Of a stretch of DNA of 64,000 nucleotides, positions 30,490 through 42,165 are shown one piece after another. Within the stretch, counting starts at the first letter, position 1. Every line of letters begins with the position of its first letter. The stretch is from NCBI GenBank assembly GCA_963712115.1, contig CAVQGX010000042.1:64001-128000 (forward strand), written 5' to 3'. The position numbers and the translations under genes are program-made. This stretch comes from an uncultured delta proteobacterium. GTDB taxonomy: Bacteria > Desulfobacterota > Syntrophobacteria > BM002. The notes under the pieces are model-generated. The model was not told the DNA's origin and made no database searches. It saw nothing but the letters and a program-made list of their open reading frames with translations.

Positions 30490-30721
30490 GGCATAGGGCA
30501 TAGAGCATAGAGTAAAGCGAGACGGGATCAGAGGTCAGAGATCAGATGTCTGAGGTCAGGGGTAAAGCTGATATCTGATCTCCGACTTCTGACCTCTGTG
30601 ATGGACAACTTCAACGACTTAAACGATTTGAACGGCTTGAACGATTTGAACGACCCATAATCTATAACCCATTACCTTAACTTTAGGCACTTTAGTTCAC
30701 TTTAGGCATTTTAGACATTTG
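30490..30721 (+). repeat. Composite repeat cassette, copy 2
   Basis: GGCATAG units, gtaaagcgagacgggatcaga, TCAGAGG/TCTGACC palindrome, AACGATTTG 9-mers, CCCATAA, TTTAGGCAC 10-mers. Confidence 0.9.
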
Positions 30722-30773
30722 AGGGCGGGCTTTATGCCCACCAGTAAAACAAAACTCAGTCTAGGGGTATCTT

Positions 30774-31511
30774 ATGGCCGACGTAGTGGGAATCATTCCC
30801 GCACGTTACGACTCTAAGCGACTTCCCGGCAAGCCGCTGGTCCTGATCCATGACCGACCGATGATTCAACACGTTTACCAGCGTGCCTCCGAGGCAACCA
30901 CCCTTCAGCAACTGGTTGTTGCCACAGATGACCCCCGCATCCAAAAAGCAGTTGCTCAATTTGGCGGGGAGGTCCTCATGACCTCCGGTGAACACCTTAG
31001 TGGTACTGATCGAGTGGCAGAGGCAGCTCGACAATTAATGCTCAAAGATGATGCCATCGTGGTGAACATTCAAGGTGACGAACCTCTACTCAGGGCTGAA
31101 ATGATTGATAGCCTGGTGCAGAACCTCCAAGAGAATGGTGATGTTCCCATGGCCACTCTTGCCTATCCGGACACAGACAAAAATGATCTTGCCGACCCAG
31201 GAGTTGTCAAGGTTGTCCTCGACGCAAAGGGGCGAGCCCTGTACTTTTCCCGTTCTCCCATTCCTGCTGTCCGGGATAAGTCTTCACCCCCACCCTATTA
31301 CAAGCACCTGGGCTTTTACGGCTACCGCAATGGCTTTCTGCAGGAGTTCACCAGGCTCTCTCCCGGAGTCTTGGAAAAACTGGAAAAACTCGAGCAACTT
31401 CGCGCCCTGGAACATGGCTTTTCCATTTCGGTGGTAATTACCCCTTTTGACTCCATCTCCGTAGACACCCCTGAAGATCTCGCCCGGGTCCGAAAAATCA
31501 TCGAACAATAG
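30774..31511 (+). CDS. kdsB: CMP-KDO synthetase
   Basis: IIPARY.S.RLPGKPL, SGTDR, NIQGDEP, LYFSR.PIP, EKLEQLRALE. Confidence 0.95.
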   Translation: MADVVGIIPARYDSKRLPGKPLVLIHDRPMIQHVYQRASEATTLQQLVVATDDPRIQKAVAQFGGEVLMTSGEHLSGTDRVAEAARQLMLKDDAIVVNIQGDEPLLRAEMIDSLVQNLQENGDVPMATLAYPDTDKNDLADPGVVKVVLDAKGRALYFSRSPIPAVRDKSSPPPYYKHLGFYGYRNGFLQEFTRLSPGVLEKLEKLEQLRALEHGFSISVVITPFDSISVDTPEDLARVRKIIEQ

Positions 31512-31614
31512 TACGGCGGGACAAATCCTAATCTTCAAGATTTTTTCAGTATAACTGTCTAAAAAAGTGGCAAATTTAGCCCAACTGAAAAGATTTTTTG
31601 TCCAGCTAAAATGC

Positions 31615-31643
31615 TTGCCATAGTTCACCAAAACGATTATGTT
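31615..31643 (+). promoter_or_regulatory. sigma70-like promoter for carA
   Basis: TTGCCA-N17-TATGTT. Confidence 0.45.
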
Positions 31644-31703
31644 GTTGGATTCGTAGGATCCGTTAGTCAGGTGCTTTGTAATGTCATGAGGTGACTGGTC
31701 ACC

Positions 31704-32864
31704 ATGGTTAGTTTCAACCAACCTAGGGTTACTTTGGTTTTGGAAGACGGCAGGACCTTTCACGGAAGGGCTTTCGCCGGCGAGGGAGAAACCCTTGGTG
31801 AAGTGGTTTTCAACACCTCCATGACGGGTTATCAGGAAGTACTGAGTGATCCCTCCTACGAAGGACAAATAGTGGCCATGACCTATCCTCTCATTGGCAA
31901 CTACGGTGTCAATGATGAAGACATGGAATCAGCAGCAATTCAGGTTGAGGGCTTTATTGTCCGCGAGTATATGCCTTATCCCAGTAACTGGCGAAGCCAA
32001 AAAACTCTCAAGGACTTCCTGGAGGAAGCTAAAGTTCTCGGCGTCGAGGGAATCGACACTCGGGCCCTTACCAAACACATCCGTACAGCAGGTGCCATGA
32101 AGGGAATTATGGCAACCGGGGACAGAAGACCTGAGGAGCTGTTGAACAAGGTGCAAGCCTATCCTGGGCTTTTGGGCCGGGATCTGGTTTCAAATGTCAC
32201 AACCTCTTCTCCATACCTGTGGCAGGGCGAGAGGCGGCCCCTGGAGTGGAAACCAGGCATGAGCGGAGTAGACGTCTGGCCAGACCCAAGACACCCTTAC
32301 AAGGTGGTGGCCTTCGACTACGGGATCAAATACAACATATTGCGCCATCTGGCTAAGCGTGACTGCCATATTATCGTACTGCCTGCCAAGGCTAAACCAG
32401 CTGACATCTTGGCCTTGGAACCCGATGGGCTCTTCCTGTCCAACGGCCCGGGAGACCCCGCCGGCGTTACTTACGCTATCGAGACAGTCCGCGCCCTTCT
32501 GACCCAACTGCCCATCTTCGGCATCTGCTTAGGTCATCAACTCCTTGGTCTGGCCATGGGAGGCACCACTTTCAAACTCAAGTTTGGACACCGCGGCGGC
32601 AACCAGCCAGTGAAGGATCTGCTCACCGGCAAAGTAGAAATAACCTCTCAGAATCACGGCTTCTGTGTGGACATAAATTCACTCAGGGACAAAGATGTGG
32701 AACTCACCCACATCAACCTAAACGATCAGACACTTGAGGGCATGCGACACCGGAAATTGCCCGTCTATTCGGTCCAGTACCACCCAGAGGCCTCTCCAGG
32801 CCCCCATGACGCGACATATCTCTTCGATGACTTCCTTACCCTTATGCAGAGAAAAAGCTGGTAG
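31704..32864 (+). CDS. carA: Carbamoyl-phosphate synthase small subunit
   Basis: GEVVFNTSMTGYQE, SNGPGDP, GICLGHQ, QYHPEASPGP. Confidence 0.97.
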   Translation: MVSFNQPRVTLVLEDGRTFHGRAFAGEGETLGEVVFNTSMTGYQEVLSDPSYEGQIVAMTYPLIGNYGVNDEDMESAAIQVEGFIVREYMPYPSNWRSQKTLKDFLEEAKVLGVEGIDTRALTKHIRTAGAMKGIMATGDRRPEELLNKVQAYPGLLGRDLVSNVTTSSPYLWQGERRPLEWKPGMSGVDVWPDPRHPYKVVAFDYGIKYNILRHLAKRDCHIIVLPAKAKPADILALEPDGLFLSNGPGDPAGVTYAIETVRALLTQLPIFGICLGHQLLGLAMGGTTFKLKFGHRGGNQPVKDLLTGKVEITSQNHGFCVDINSLRDKDVELTHINLNDQTLEGMRHRKLPVYSVQYHPEASPGPHDATYLFDDFLTLMQRKSW

Positions 32865-32878
32865 TGTGCCGTAATTCT

Positions 32879-33025
32879 GGACGCGGAGACGCGGTGAAAC
32901 GGAGACACGGGGAGAAATACAAGAATAGTCAACTGATCACGTGCCAAGATAGGCCAAGAGAATACAGTTTTCAGCTAACAGATTCTTCGCTGGGTCGCCG
33001 TCTCGCCGTGTCACCGTGTCGCGCC
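32879..33025. repeat. Octamer palindrome (GACACGGA / TCCGTGTC); family also at 42190-42262 and 57470-57532
   Basis: gacgcggagacgcggtgaaacggagacacgg ... gtcgccgtctcgccgtgtcaccgtgtc. Confidence 0.75.
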
Positions 33026-33096
33026 GTTTGCAGCTGAGCGTGAATTGAATACACCTTGAAGAGCAACATAGAAATGACCCCGGTTTAACCAAGTCC

Positions 33097-36000
33097 ATGC
33101 CTAAACGAACAGACATAAATAAAATCCTGATAATCGGTTCAGGTCCTATTATCATCAGTCAAGCATGTGAGTTCGACTACTCAGGTACTCAGGCCTGCAA
33201 AGCTCTTCGGGAAGAGGGTTTCGACATCGTTCTCATAAACAGTAACCCCGCCACTATCATGACCGACCCAGAGACGGCTCAGCGAACCTACATTGAGCCT
33301 ATTACCCCCGAATGCGTCGCCAAAGTCATTGAGCGAGAGAGGCCGGATGCCCTGTTACCCACACTTGGAGGTCAGACCGCACTCAACGTGGCGGTTGCCG
33401 TCGGCGAGATGGGTGTATTTGATCGTTACGGGGTGGAGGTAATAGGCGCTTCTTTGCCGGTGATCAAGAAAGGTGAGGATCGTGAGCTTTTCCGTGCTGC
33501 CATGGAGAACATCGGTCTGCGAGTGCCTGCCAGCCGCATTGCTCGCTCCATGAAAGAAGCACGCCAAGCAGCAGAGGAGATCGGTTATCCCCTTATTATT
33601 CGTCCCTCTTTCACCCTGGGAGGCACCGGAGGAGGTGTGGTCTACAACAGAGAAGATCTAGAAAACATGGCCCGTGCCGGCCTGGATGCCAGCATGATCG
33701 GGGCAATTATGCTGGAAGAATCGGTTTTGGGATGGAAGGAATTCGAACTGGAGGTAATGAGGGACCACATGGACAATGTGGTTATTATTTGCTCAATTGA
33801 AAATTTCGACCCCATGGGCATTCATACCGGTGACAGCATTACGGTGGCTCCGGCCCAGACCCTTACCGACCGCGAATATCAAGCCATGCGGGATGCCTCT
33901 ATTGCCGTTATCCGAGAGATCGGGGTAGAGACCGGGGGTTCCAACATTCAATTTGCCATCAATCCGGATACCGGTGAAATGGTCATTATCGAGATGAACC
34001 CGAGAGTGTCACGCTCCTCCGCCCTCGCCTCAAAAGCCACTGGTTTTCCCATTGCCAAGATCGCTGCTAAACTGGCCGTTGGCTACAGCCTGGACGAGAT
34101 TGCCAACGATATCACTCGAGAAACCCTGGCCTCCTTCGAACCAACAATTGACTATTGCGTGGTGAAGATCCCTCGCTGGACTTTTGAAAAGTTCCCTCGA
34201 ACTCAAGATATCCTGACCACATCGATGAAATCGGTGGGCGAAACCATGGCCATTGGCCGGACCTTCAAGGAAGCATTACAAAAGGCAGTGCGCTCATTGG
34301 AGATCGGCCGTCACTCTCTGGACAGTGGCCTGTCGCCCGAGTCTCTGAGTGACCCGGAATGCCGAAGTTTGATCCGCAAGAAGCTGCGTGAGCCAAATTC
34401 GGAAAGGCTTTTCTTTCTAACCGCTGCTATGCGGGCAGAAATTGACCTGGATGAAATATACCAACTCACCAAGATTGATCCCTGGTTCCTTCACAATATC
34501 AAGCAGATTGTGGATTTTGAGGACCACTTGCGGGGACAAGAGCTAACGGACGAGCTCTTGCACCTTTCCAAGACTTTCGGTTTTTCCGACCGCAGGTTAG
34601 CGGAGCTCACCGGCAGTGATGATGAAACCATCCGCTTGCGAAGATATAAGGCCAACATCCTTCCTGTGTACAAGCTGGTGGATACCTGCGCCGCTGAGTT
34701 TGAGGCTTTTACACCCTACTACTATTCTACCTATGAAACGGAGGATGAATCGAAACCCAGCGACGTCAGGAAAGTAATGATCCTGGGCGGCGGTCCCAAC
34801 CGAATCGGCCAGGGTATCGAATTTGATTATTGCTGTGTCCATGCCTCTTTCGCCTTGCGTGAGGAGGGGGTGCAGTCAATCATGGTCAATTCCAACCCGG
34901 AGACAGTGAGCACCGACTATGATACTTCTGACAAGCTTTACTTCGAGCCTCTTACATTTGAGGACGTTCTCCACATAGTCCAGCGCGAACAGCCGGAGGG
35001 CCTCATTGTCCAGTTTGGCGGCCAGACGCCGTTGAACCTCGCCGTTCCTTTAGCCAGGGCTGAGGCACCTATCATCGGAACCACCCCGGACAGTATTGAT
35101 CGGGCTGAGGATCGCGAGCGCTTCCAGGCTCTTCTCAATAAGCTTGGCCTGCGGCAACCCAAAAACGCCATTGCCACCACTGCTGCCGAGGCTCTGAAGG
35201 CAGCAGCCCAAATCGGCTACCCCGTGCTAGTGAGGCCCTCCTACGTTTTGGGCGGTCGTGCCATGGAAATAGTTTACCAACGAGAACAATTGGAGGCCTT
35301 TATTCAACAGGCGGTCCGCGTCGCCCCCGGCCACCCCATCCTGGTGGATCAATTTCTTCAAGACGCCATCGAGATTGACGTGGACGCAATCTCCGACGGG
35401 AATACCACCGTAATTGGCGGCATCATGGAACATATTGAGGAGGCGGGCATTCACTCTGGCGACAGTGCCTGTGTGCTTCCGCCCATTAGTATCTCCCAGG
35501 AAATCATTGAGGAAATAAAGGTTCAAACAAAGGCTCTTGCCAGAGAACTGGGAGTGGTAGGGTTGATGAACATTCAGTACGCGGTTAAGGACAACTTGCT
35601 CTATGTCCTCGAGGTGAACCCCCGGGCCTCCCGTACGGCACCCTTTGTTAGTAAGGCAATTGGTGTACCTCTTGCCAAGCTCGCCACCAAGATCATGCTG
35701 GGTAAGAGCCTAGCGGAACTCGGATTTACTCGGGAAGTGGAGCCGCCTCACCTAGCGGTGAAGGAGTCGGTGTTTCCTTTTATTCGCTTCCCCAACATAG
35801 ACATTCTCTTAGGACCGGAGATGAAATCCACCGGCGAAGTTATGGGCATCGACAAGACCTTCGGAATGGCCTTTGCCAAAGCTCAGTTAGCGGCGGGTTA
35901 TTCTCTACCGCTGAAGGGAAATGTGTTCATAAGCGTTCGAGATCAGGACAAGCCGGCCATATTAAAAGTTGCTAAGGATTTCGACAAACTCGGCTTCAAA

Positions 36001-36324
36001 ATCTACGCCACCCATGGCACTTCCGCTTTTCTCTCGCAACACGGATTACAAAACCTGATGGTGGCAAAATTAACCGAAGGACGTCCCCACGTCATAGACC
36101 ACATCAAAAACGATGAGATCAACTTGGTCATCAACACCAGTACAGGTAGAAAAACTGCTTCTGACGCTTATTTGATTCGGCGGGCTACCTTAGTTTATAA
36201 TCTTCCCTACGCAACAACCATTGCCGGAGCAAGAGCTTTTGTCCAGGCGATTGCCGCAATCTGTGAAGGAGAATTGCAGGTCACCTCTTTACAGGAGTAC
36301 CATGCCAACAGCTTAAAAAATTAG
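33097..36324 (+). CDS. carB: Carbamoyl-phosphate synthase large subunit
   Basis: [16 protein letters not shown], duplicated ATP-grasp domains, MGS domain. Confidence 0.98.
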   Translation: MPKRTDINKILIIGSGPIIISQACEFDYSGTQACKALREEGFDIVLINSNPATIMTDPETAQRTYIEPITPECVAKVIERERPDALLPTLGGQTALNVAVAVGEMGVFDRYGVEVIGASLPVIKKGEDRELFRAAMENIGLRVPASRIARSMKEARQAAEEIGYPLIIRPSFTLGGTGGGVVYNREDLENMARAGLDASMIGAIMLEESVLGWKEFELEVMRDHMDNVVIICSIENFDPMGIHTGDSITVAPAQTLTDREYQAMRDASIAVIREIGVETGGSNIQFAINPDTGEMVIIEMNPRVSRSSALASKATGFPIAKIAAKLAVGYSLDEIANDITRETLASFEPTIDYCVVKIPRWTFEKFPRTQDILTTSMKSVGETMAIGRTFKEALQKAVRSLEIGRHSLDSGLSPESLSDPECRSLIRKKLREPNSERLFFLTAAMRAEIDLDEIYQLTKIDPWFLHNIKQIVDFEDHLRGQELTDELLHLSKTFGFSDRRLAELTGSDDETIRLRRYKANILPVYKLVDTCAAEFEAFTPYYYSTYETEDESKPSDVRKVMILGGGPNRIGQGIEFDYCCVHASFALREEGVQSIMVNSNPETVSTDYDTSDKLYFEPLTFEDVLHIVQREQPEGLIVQFGGQTPLNLAVPLARAEAPIIGTTPDSIDRAEDRERFQALLNKLGLRQPKNAIATTAAEALKAAAQIGYPVLVRPSYVLGGRAMEIVYQREQLEAFIQQAVRVAPGHPILVDQFLQDAIEIDVDAISDGNTTVIGGIMEHIEEAGIHSGDSACVLPPISISQEIIEEIKVQTKALARELGVVGLMNIQYAVKDNLLYVLEVNPRASRTAPFVSKAIGVPLAKLATKIMLGKSLAELGFTREVEPPHLAVKESVFPFIRFPNIDILLGPEMKSTGEVMGIDKTFGMAFAKAQLAAGYSLPLKGNVFISVRDQDKPAILKVAKDFDKLGFKIYATHGTSAFLSQHGLQNLMVAKLTEGRPHVIDHIKNDEINLVINTSTGRKTASDAYLIRRATLVYNLPYATTIAGARAFVQAIAAICEGELQVTSLQEYHANSLKN

Positions 36325-36342
36325 CGATGGTGCATTTGAGGA

Positions 36343-36558
36343 GGCATGGAGCATAGAGTAAAGCGAGACGGGATCAGATGTCTGAGGTCAGGGGTAAATC
36401 TGATCTCTGATCTCCGACTTCTGACCTCTGGGATAGACGATTTGAACGAATTCAACGACTTTAACGATTTAAACGACCCATGACCCACAACCTTTTACCT
36501 ATAATTAATTTTAGACATTTTAGGCATTTTAGTTCATTTTAGGCACTTTAGACATTTG
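36343..36558 (+). repeat. Composite repeat cassette, copy 3
   Basis: Same module order and unique linkers as 30490-30721. Confidence 0.9.
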
Positions 36559-36572
36559 ACTAGGAACTGATC

Positions 36573-38012
36573 TTGCAGAACCGCATAATAATCCCTGATG
36601 GCAGACCAAAGGAAGAGTGCGGTATCTTCGGTATTTATGGACACGAAGACACGGCTCGTCTTACTTATTTCGGACTCTATGCTCTCCAGCATCGAGGCCA
36701 GGAGAGCGCTGGAATTAGTGTTTCTGACGGTCGATTAATGCTCCATCACAAGGGCATGGGTCTGGTGAGCGAAATTTTCGACGAGGATATCCTCGCCAGC
36801 CTAAAGGGCTATCTTGGCATTGGACATGTGCGCTATTCTACCACTGGCTCGTCCGTTCTCGTCAATGCCCAACCCTTCTGCATCACTCACTCAGGCTGCA
36901 GCCTCTCCATTGCTCATAACGGAAACCTGGTCAATGCCCACAGCTTGAAATGTGAATTGGAGCAGCGGGGCTCGATCTTTCAAACAACCATGGACAGTGA
37001 GGTAATCGTTCACCTTATTGCCCGCCAGCTTACCCATGGACTGGAAGAGGCACTTATCAGCGCCCTGAGTGAGATTAAAGGTGCTTACTCGCTGGTAATC
37101 GCCGCAGAAGACCAGATAATTGGCGCCCGCGACCCCTATGGCTTTCGCCCCATGTGCCTGGGCATGATTGATAACGACGCCTATGTGATTACTTCAGAAA
37201 CTTGCGCCCTTGACCTGATAGGAGCTCGCTACCTTCGAGACGTCCAGCCGGGAGAGGTAGTCTTCATCGATGGGAATGGACTCAGGTCCCGACACCTCCC
37301 TAATCCTGGTCGCACAGCCTTCTGCATCTTCGAGTTCATCTACTTTGCCCGCCCGGACAGCAATATTTTTGGACAGAATGTTTATATGGCCCGTAAACGC
37401 CTGGGACACGAGATGGCCAGTGAGTATAAGGTGGATGCAGATATAGTCATGCCATTTCCTGACTCCGGTAACTATGCCGCCCTTGGATTCGCCGAGGCAT
37501 CTGGCATTCCATTGGAAATGGGCGTAATCCGTAACCACTACGTGGGCCGCACTTTTATCGAGCCTACCCAGGCCATGCGGGACTTCCATGTAAGAGTAAA
37601 ACTGAATCCCGTGCGCCCTCTATTGATCGACAAGCGACTCCTCATAATAGAAGACTCCATCGTTCGCGGTACCACCACCAAAAATCGTGTCAAGACACTC
37701 AGGAAAGCAGGCGCCAAGGAAGTTCATATGGCTGTCAGCTGTCCGCCCCATCGCTTCCCCTGCTTTTACGGCATTGACTTTCCTACCCGAAAAGAACTCA
37801 TCGCAGCCACCCATTCTGTTGATGAGATCAAGAAATTCTTAGGGCTTGATACCCTGCATTATTTGAGTCTTGAAGGACTCCTCCAAGCAATTAATCTGGA
37901 CAGGGAAGGCTTTTGCCTTGCCTGCTTCACTGGAGAGTATCCAGTTAGTTTCACCGATGACCTTCATAAGCACTGCATGGAAACAAATTCGGTTTCACGC
38001 CAACAGCTTTGA
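36573..38012 (+). CDS. purF: Amidophosphoribosyltransferase
   Basis: EECGIFG, LQHRGQESAG, CIFEFIYFARPDS, DSIVRGTT. Confidence 0.97.
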   Translation: MQNRIIIPDGRPKEECGIFGIYGHEDTARLTYFGLYALQHRGQESAGISVSDGRLMLHHKGMGLVSEIFDEDILASLKGYLGIGHVRYSTTGSSVLVNAQPFCITHSGCSLSIAHNGNLVNAHSLKCELEQRGSIFQTTMDSEVIVHLIARQLTHGLEEALISALSEIKGAYSLVIAAEDQIIGARDPYGFRPMCLGMIDNDAYVITSETCALDLIGARYLRDVQPGEVVFIDGNGLRSRHLPNPGRTAFCIFEFIYFARPDSNIFGQNVYMARKRLGHEMASEYKVDADIVMPFPDSGNYAALGFAEASGIPLEMGVIRNHYVGRTFIEPTQAMRDFHVRVKLNPVRPLLIDKRLLIIEDSIVRGTTTKNRVKTLRKAGAKEVHMAVSCPPHRFPCFYGIDFPTRKELIAATHSVDEIKKFLGLDTLHYLSLEGLLQAINLDREGFCLACFTGEYPVSFTDDLHKHCMETNSVSRQQL

Positions 38013-38045
38013 AATGTCAATCCTCCATAAAAAAAGAATCAGTGA

Positions 38046-39068
38046 GTGAGTGTTATGGTTAAACCCAATAAGAGTAATCAACGCCGGGGTGCAGTTAAAA
38101 TCATTCGCGAAGCAAAGGATGTGCTCCGAATTGAAGCAGAGGGCATCTACAGTCTCATCGATCGGGTAGGGGATGAATTCGCCGAAGCTGTGCAGTGGAT
38201 CTACAAGGCTCGCGGGCGAGTGATTGTTACCGGCATCGGTAAATCAGGAATAGTTGGCCGCAAGGTTGTCGCCACGCTCAATAGCACCGGCACTCAATCG
38301 CTTTTTTTGCATCCAGTGGAAGCCATGCACGGTGATCTCGGAATGGTTAGTCCGGACGACATTATCCTGGTTTTATCCAGCAGCGGTGAAACTGATGAAC
38401 TGAAGATGATTCTGCCGACCTTAAAAGATTTGGGAACACGGATTATCTGTTTCACCGGGAATACCGACTCTACCCTGGGTCGCAACAGCGACCTCACTGT
38501 CTACGCCGGGGTTGAACGAGAGGCCTGTCCCTTTGGTTTGGCCCCAACAGCCAGCACCACCGCCATGCTCGCCCTGGGCGACGCACTTTGCGTCGCACTC
38601 ATCAACCGGCGCAGGTTTCAGCCCGCAGATTTCCATCGCTGCCATCCTGGCGGAGTGTTGGGAGAAAGACTGCGAGTACCAATTGAGATGATTATGCGTA
38701 CCGGCTCCAGTATCCCAAAAGTCCAAGAAAAAACTCTGGTGGGTGAAGCCATTAAGGAAATGGATGACAAGACTTTGGGGGCAACCCTTGTAATGGGTGA
38801 TGCTGACAGGCTGGTAGGGATTGTAACTGACGGTGATCTGCGGCGTGGATTATGCAGGTATGAAAGGTTGTTGGAAAAGCCTGTCAAAGCCATTATGACT
38901 AAGAACCCCAAGGCTGTCTACGTTAGTGGCTTTGTTGCAGACGCCCTGGAGATAATGGAACAAAATGAAATCACCGTGCTACCCGTGGTGGGTCCAAAGG
39001 GTCAGTTGTTGGGAATTATTCATCTTCACGACCTCCTTGGCAAAGGACACATAAAGTTTACCATGTAA
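38046..39068 (+). CDS. kdsD: Arabinose-5-phosphate isomerase (KpsF/GutQ), SIS + CBS
   Basis: TGIGKSG, EAMHGDLG, EACP.GLAPTAST, HPGG.LG, TDGDLRR. Confidence 0.93.
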   Translation: MSVMVKPNKSNQRRGAVKIIREAKDVLRIEAEGIYSLIDRVGDEFAEAVQWIYKARGRVIVTGIGKSGIVGRKVVATLNSTGTQSLFLHPVEAMHGDLGMVSPDDIILVLSSSGETDELKMILPTLKDLGTRIICFTGNTDSTLGRNSDLTVYAGVEREACPFGLAPTASTTAMLALGDALCVALINRRRFQPADFHRCHPGGVLGERLRVPIEMIMRTGSSIPKVQEKTLVGEAIKEMDDKTLGATLVMGDADRLVGIVTDGDLRRGLCRYERLLEKPVKAIMTKNPKAVYVSGFVADALEIMEQNEITVLPVVGPKGQLLGIIHLHDLLGKGHIKFTM

Positions 39069-39074
39069 GTAAAC

Positions 39075-39235
39075 AAATATCGAAATCCGAAGCACGAAGC
39101 ACTAAACAAATCCAAAATCCTAATTTCCCAATGTTCAAAACGAAAACGGCGCAAAAGAGGAGTCTAGAGTTTGGGTCATTTGGAAATTTGAAAATTTGAA
39201 TTTGTTTAGGATTTCGATATTAGGATTTCGGATTT
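39075..39235. repeat. Long palindromic element family A, copy 3
   Basis: aaatccgaagcacgaagcactaaacaaat ... atttgtttaggatttcgatattaggatttcggattt. Confidence 0.85.
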
Positions 39236-39258
39236 CAGTACTCCTGCATTAGACCTCC

Positions 39259-40242
39259 GTGGTGCTTATCAACTCGCGGCATCGTTTTAGGATATGGTTA
39301 ATGAATAAGCCCGTCACCCCTAGAGGTCTTATCTGTTCGCTGGCCCTGGTGCCAAACCCCGAAAACCGTTCAGTTTACCGGGGTCTCGAGTCACTCATAG
39401 CTCGATTGCAGCCAGCAGTTGCGGGTCTGTTTTTGGATCCTATGTTCTGGTGCCCCGACGCCAACTGCTGTGGCCCGGCTTCATCCTCCTTGCTGGAGGA
39501 GGCAATTGGCCTAGCACCTCCTGACCTTCCTCTTTGGGTGCGTATTACCGGCACATCTGCAGAGCAGACTATACACATCTGCCACCAACTGGAAAATGCC
39601 TGTCGTCGTCTCAAATACCGCGGCCCCCTCGCCTGGGTGGACACACCACTCTTCTACCACAGTAATCGTGGCCTGCCCGAATACTACCAAAGCCTCCTTG
39701 CAGATACGGAATTCAACCTGATCGTCGATAACGACCCACAACTAATAAGAAAAATCGGAGACACGACCAAGCGGAAGAATATCCGGACGGCCGTTTTGAA
39801 AAAACTTGTTCAAGAGCCCCGTTTGGTAGCACTTGTGCACCGAGGTGATCTCAGACGTGGGATAAATTACCAGAGAGCAGTGCGGAGCAGATCCGACTTC
39901 TTAGTCTATGACGGGAGGGAAAGTAATTTCCTTAAACGCCCCAGCTCCAGTGGAGTGCTTTCAGTAGGAGCCAATCTCTTGCCCTACGAGTGGAGGACCA
40001 TCACCTTAGCCTCACTCAACTTGGAAGACAGTCATTTCGCTCAGGCCAGCAGCTTCCGCCATCTGTGGGAAGCCGGCCAGCGAGTTCGAACTTTACAAAG
40101 ACACTACAAACAAGCTCCCGTCCGTATCATTCCGGCGGTACTTGCCGCCTGGGGGTTGATATCAGGGAAAACCGAAGGTTTGATGACCCACGAAGAAGAA
40201 AGGGCGACAGAAATAATCCTGGAACATCTTCCAGAGCCTTAA
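39259..40242 (+). CDS. DapA-like TIM-barrel protein, catalytic residues apparently absent (start may be 39301)
   Basis: GLI..L..P, VDTPLFY, G..S..ANLLP pattern. Confidence 0.6.
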   Translation: MVLINSRHRFRIWLMNKPVTPRGLICSLALVPNPENRSVYRGLESLIARLQPAVAGLFLDPMFWCPDANCCGPASSSLLEEAIGLAPPDLPLWVRITGTSAEQTIHICHQLENACRRLKYRGPLAWVDTPLFYHSNRGLPEYYQSLLADTEFNLIVDNDPQLIRKIGDTTKRKNIRTAVLKKLVQEPRLVALVHRGDLRRGINYQRAVRSRSDFLVYDGRESNFLKRPSSSGVLSVGANLLPYEWRTITLASLNLEDSHFAQASSFRHLWEAGQRVRTLQRHYKQAPVRIIPAVLAAWGLISGKTEGLMTHEEERATEIILEHLPEP

Positions 40243-40322
40243 AGTAGTGCAGCCCCTCGTGCTTCACTGCCTTTTAAGACGGATCACTGATCCGCCTTCG
40301 GCGGAACAACGGATATGTTTGA

Positions 40323-42165
40323 ATGTACACAAACTTTATATACTTCATAGTCGTCCTGCTTATCTTCTCTACTCAGCAGCCAGCCCCAACACCACGGCTC
40401 TCCTTATTTTTTACTTTTGCCTCTAGCCTTACTCTGCTGTTCCTCTTCGGACTCATCAACAGGCAGGTTTTCAGAGGGTTGGCAGCAAAAATGTCGAGGG
40501 TTACGGTGAGCACTCATTTGGCGGTTCTCTACCATCGCAGCGTAACCCGCCAATCGCTTTTGGCTCTCGTCTTTTTTTGTGCTCAGATCTATCTGCTTGA
40601 TATCAAATACTACCTCTCTACTGTTGCCCTCATTCGTTTTAGTTTCACTCTTCAAGGATTAGCTGGCTTAGTGATATTTTTGCTCCACCTGGCAATCGTC
40701 TGGTTTTACAGCTACGAATGCCAGCTGCCGCTTCTCCTCCGACACTTTCTCCAGGGTATCAATCGTAACTCACAACCTTAAGTTTAATCTCGCCATCCTT
40801 TTGCCTTGGCTCCTCATTTCAGGCAGCTTCGATCTTATACAACTCTTGCCCCTTGGCTCGATACACGACCAACTTAATACTCCTGTGGGCCAGGTTCTTT
40901 TCTTCGCCCTGCTAATGATCATATTCATGATCTTTGCCCCACCCCTTGTGGTGCGTCTTTGGAGTTGTCAGCCTCTGGAGCCGGGAACGAGAAGATCACT
41001 CATCGAGAGGTTTTGTCAAAAAGAGAATTTCCATGTCCGAGAGATAGTTCTTTGGCCCGGCCAAGGCGGGGTTTTTATAACCGCTGGAGTTATGGGGCTG
41101 TTTGGTCGTTACCGCTATCTTTTAGTAACCCAAGGGCTTCTCGATATTCTCGACGACGAAGAATTGCGTTCAGTCCTGGCCCACGAGATGGGCCATGTGA
41201 AAGAATACCATCTATTTTTCTATCTTATATTTTTGCTTGGCTATCTTGTCCTTGCCTACCCCATCTCTGGTATTTCTTTTTTGTTGGTGCTGACTAGCGA
41301 CCTGCCACTGACTCTGATGATTAGGACCGATTATGAATTCATGACCTTAATTTCTATACTCTCCACCCTCCCTTTGTTAGTCTTGCTGGTCTTCTATTTT
41401 CGTTTCCTCTTTGGCTTTTTTATCCGTAACTTTGAGAGACAGGCTGACCTTTATGGACTCTCGGTCATGGGCAGACCTTATCCGTTGATTTCGGCTTTGG
41501 AAAAGGTAGCTTTTTACAGTGGCAACATTCGGGATGTACCCAGCTGGCATCACTTCAGCATTAAAGAACGGGTTGATTTTCTTACTGAGGCAGCGGGCAA
41601 TCCTTCCCTGTCGAGAAACCACCGTGGCAAAATCAGAAAAGCACTATCAGGATACTTGGTGGGAATTATCGCAGTTGGTGTTTTCGGTTACCTCTTTTAC
41701 TCCGGAGCGGTGGGCAAACAGTACAATGAACAACTAAACTTCAAGATGCTCAGCAGTCTGGTCCAACTGGAACCTGACAATCCCCTCCTCCAATTGCGAC
41801 TCGGAACACTTTACTACACCCGGCATCAACCTAAACAAGCTGTTTTCCATTTGCAGCGCGCCCTGGAACTAGACCCAAACAACCCCGACATTCTGAACAA
41901 TTTGGCCTGGGTTTTCGCCACCAGCAAAGAAGCTCCCCTATTCCAACCGGAAAAAGCCCTTGTCCTGGCTGAAAAAGCAGCGACTAGTTCCCAACAATCT
42001 CATATCCTGGACACCTTGGCGGAGTCTTATTACGTAAATGGCCTAACCATAAAGGCTTTGGCCACGGCTGAGAAGGCTCTGGCAGCTGCATCCGGAGACT
42101 CTTCTTATTATGTCAAACAGGTGGAGAGATTCCGTGCCGAGCTTCAGCAGCAGCAATTTAGATAG
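40323..42165 (+). pseudogene. M48 (HtpX/Ste24-like) membrane metalloprotease + TPR, frameshifted at about 40720-40780
   Basis: AHEMGH, FERQAD, SWHHFSI..R, TPR NNLAW; the second frame is open upstream (..HNLKFNLAILLPW) and overlaps the first ORF. Confidence 0.75.

Noticed and set aside
30600-30720. Tandem 9-10-bp units as a CRISPR array
   Set aside because: Units too short and degenerate, no unique spacers, no cas genes.
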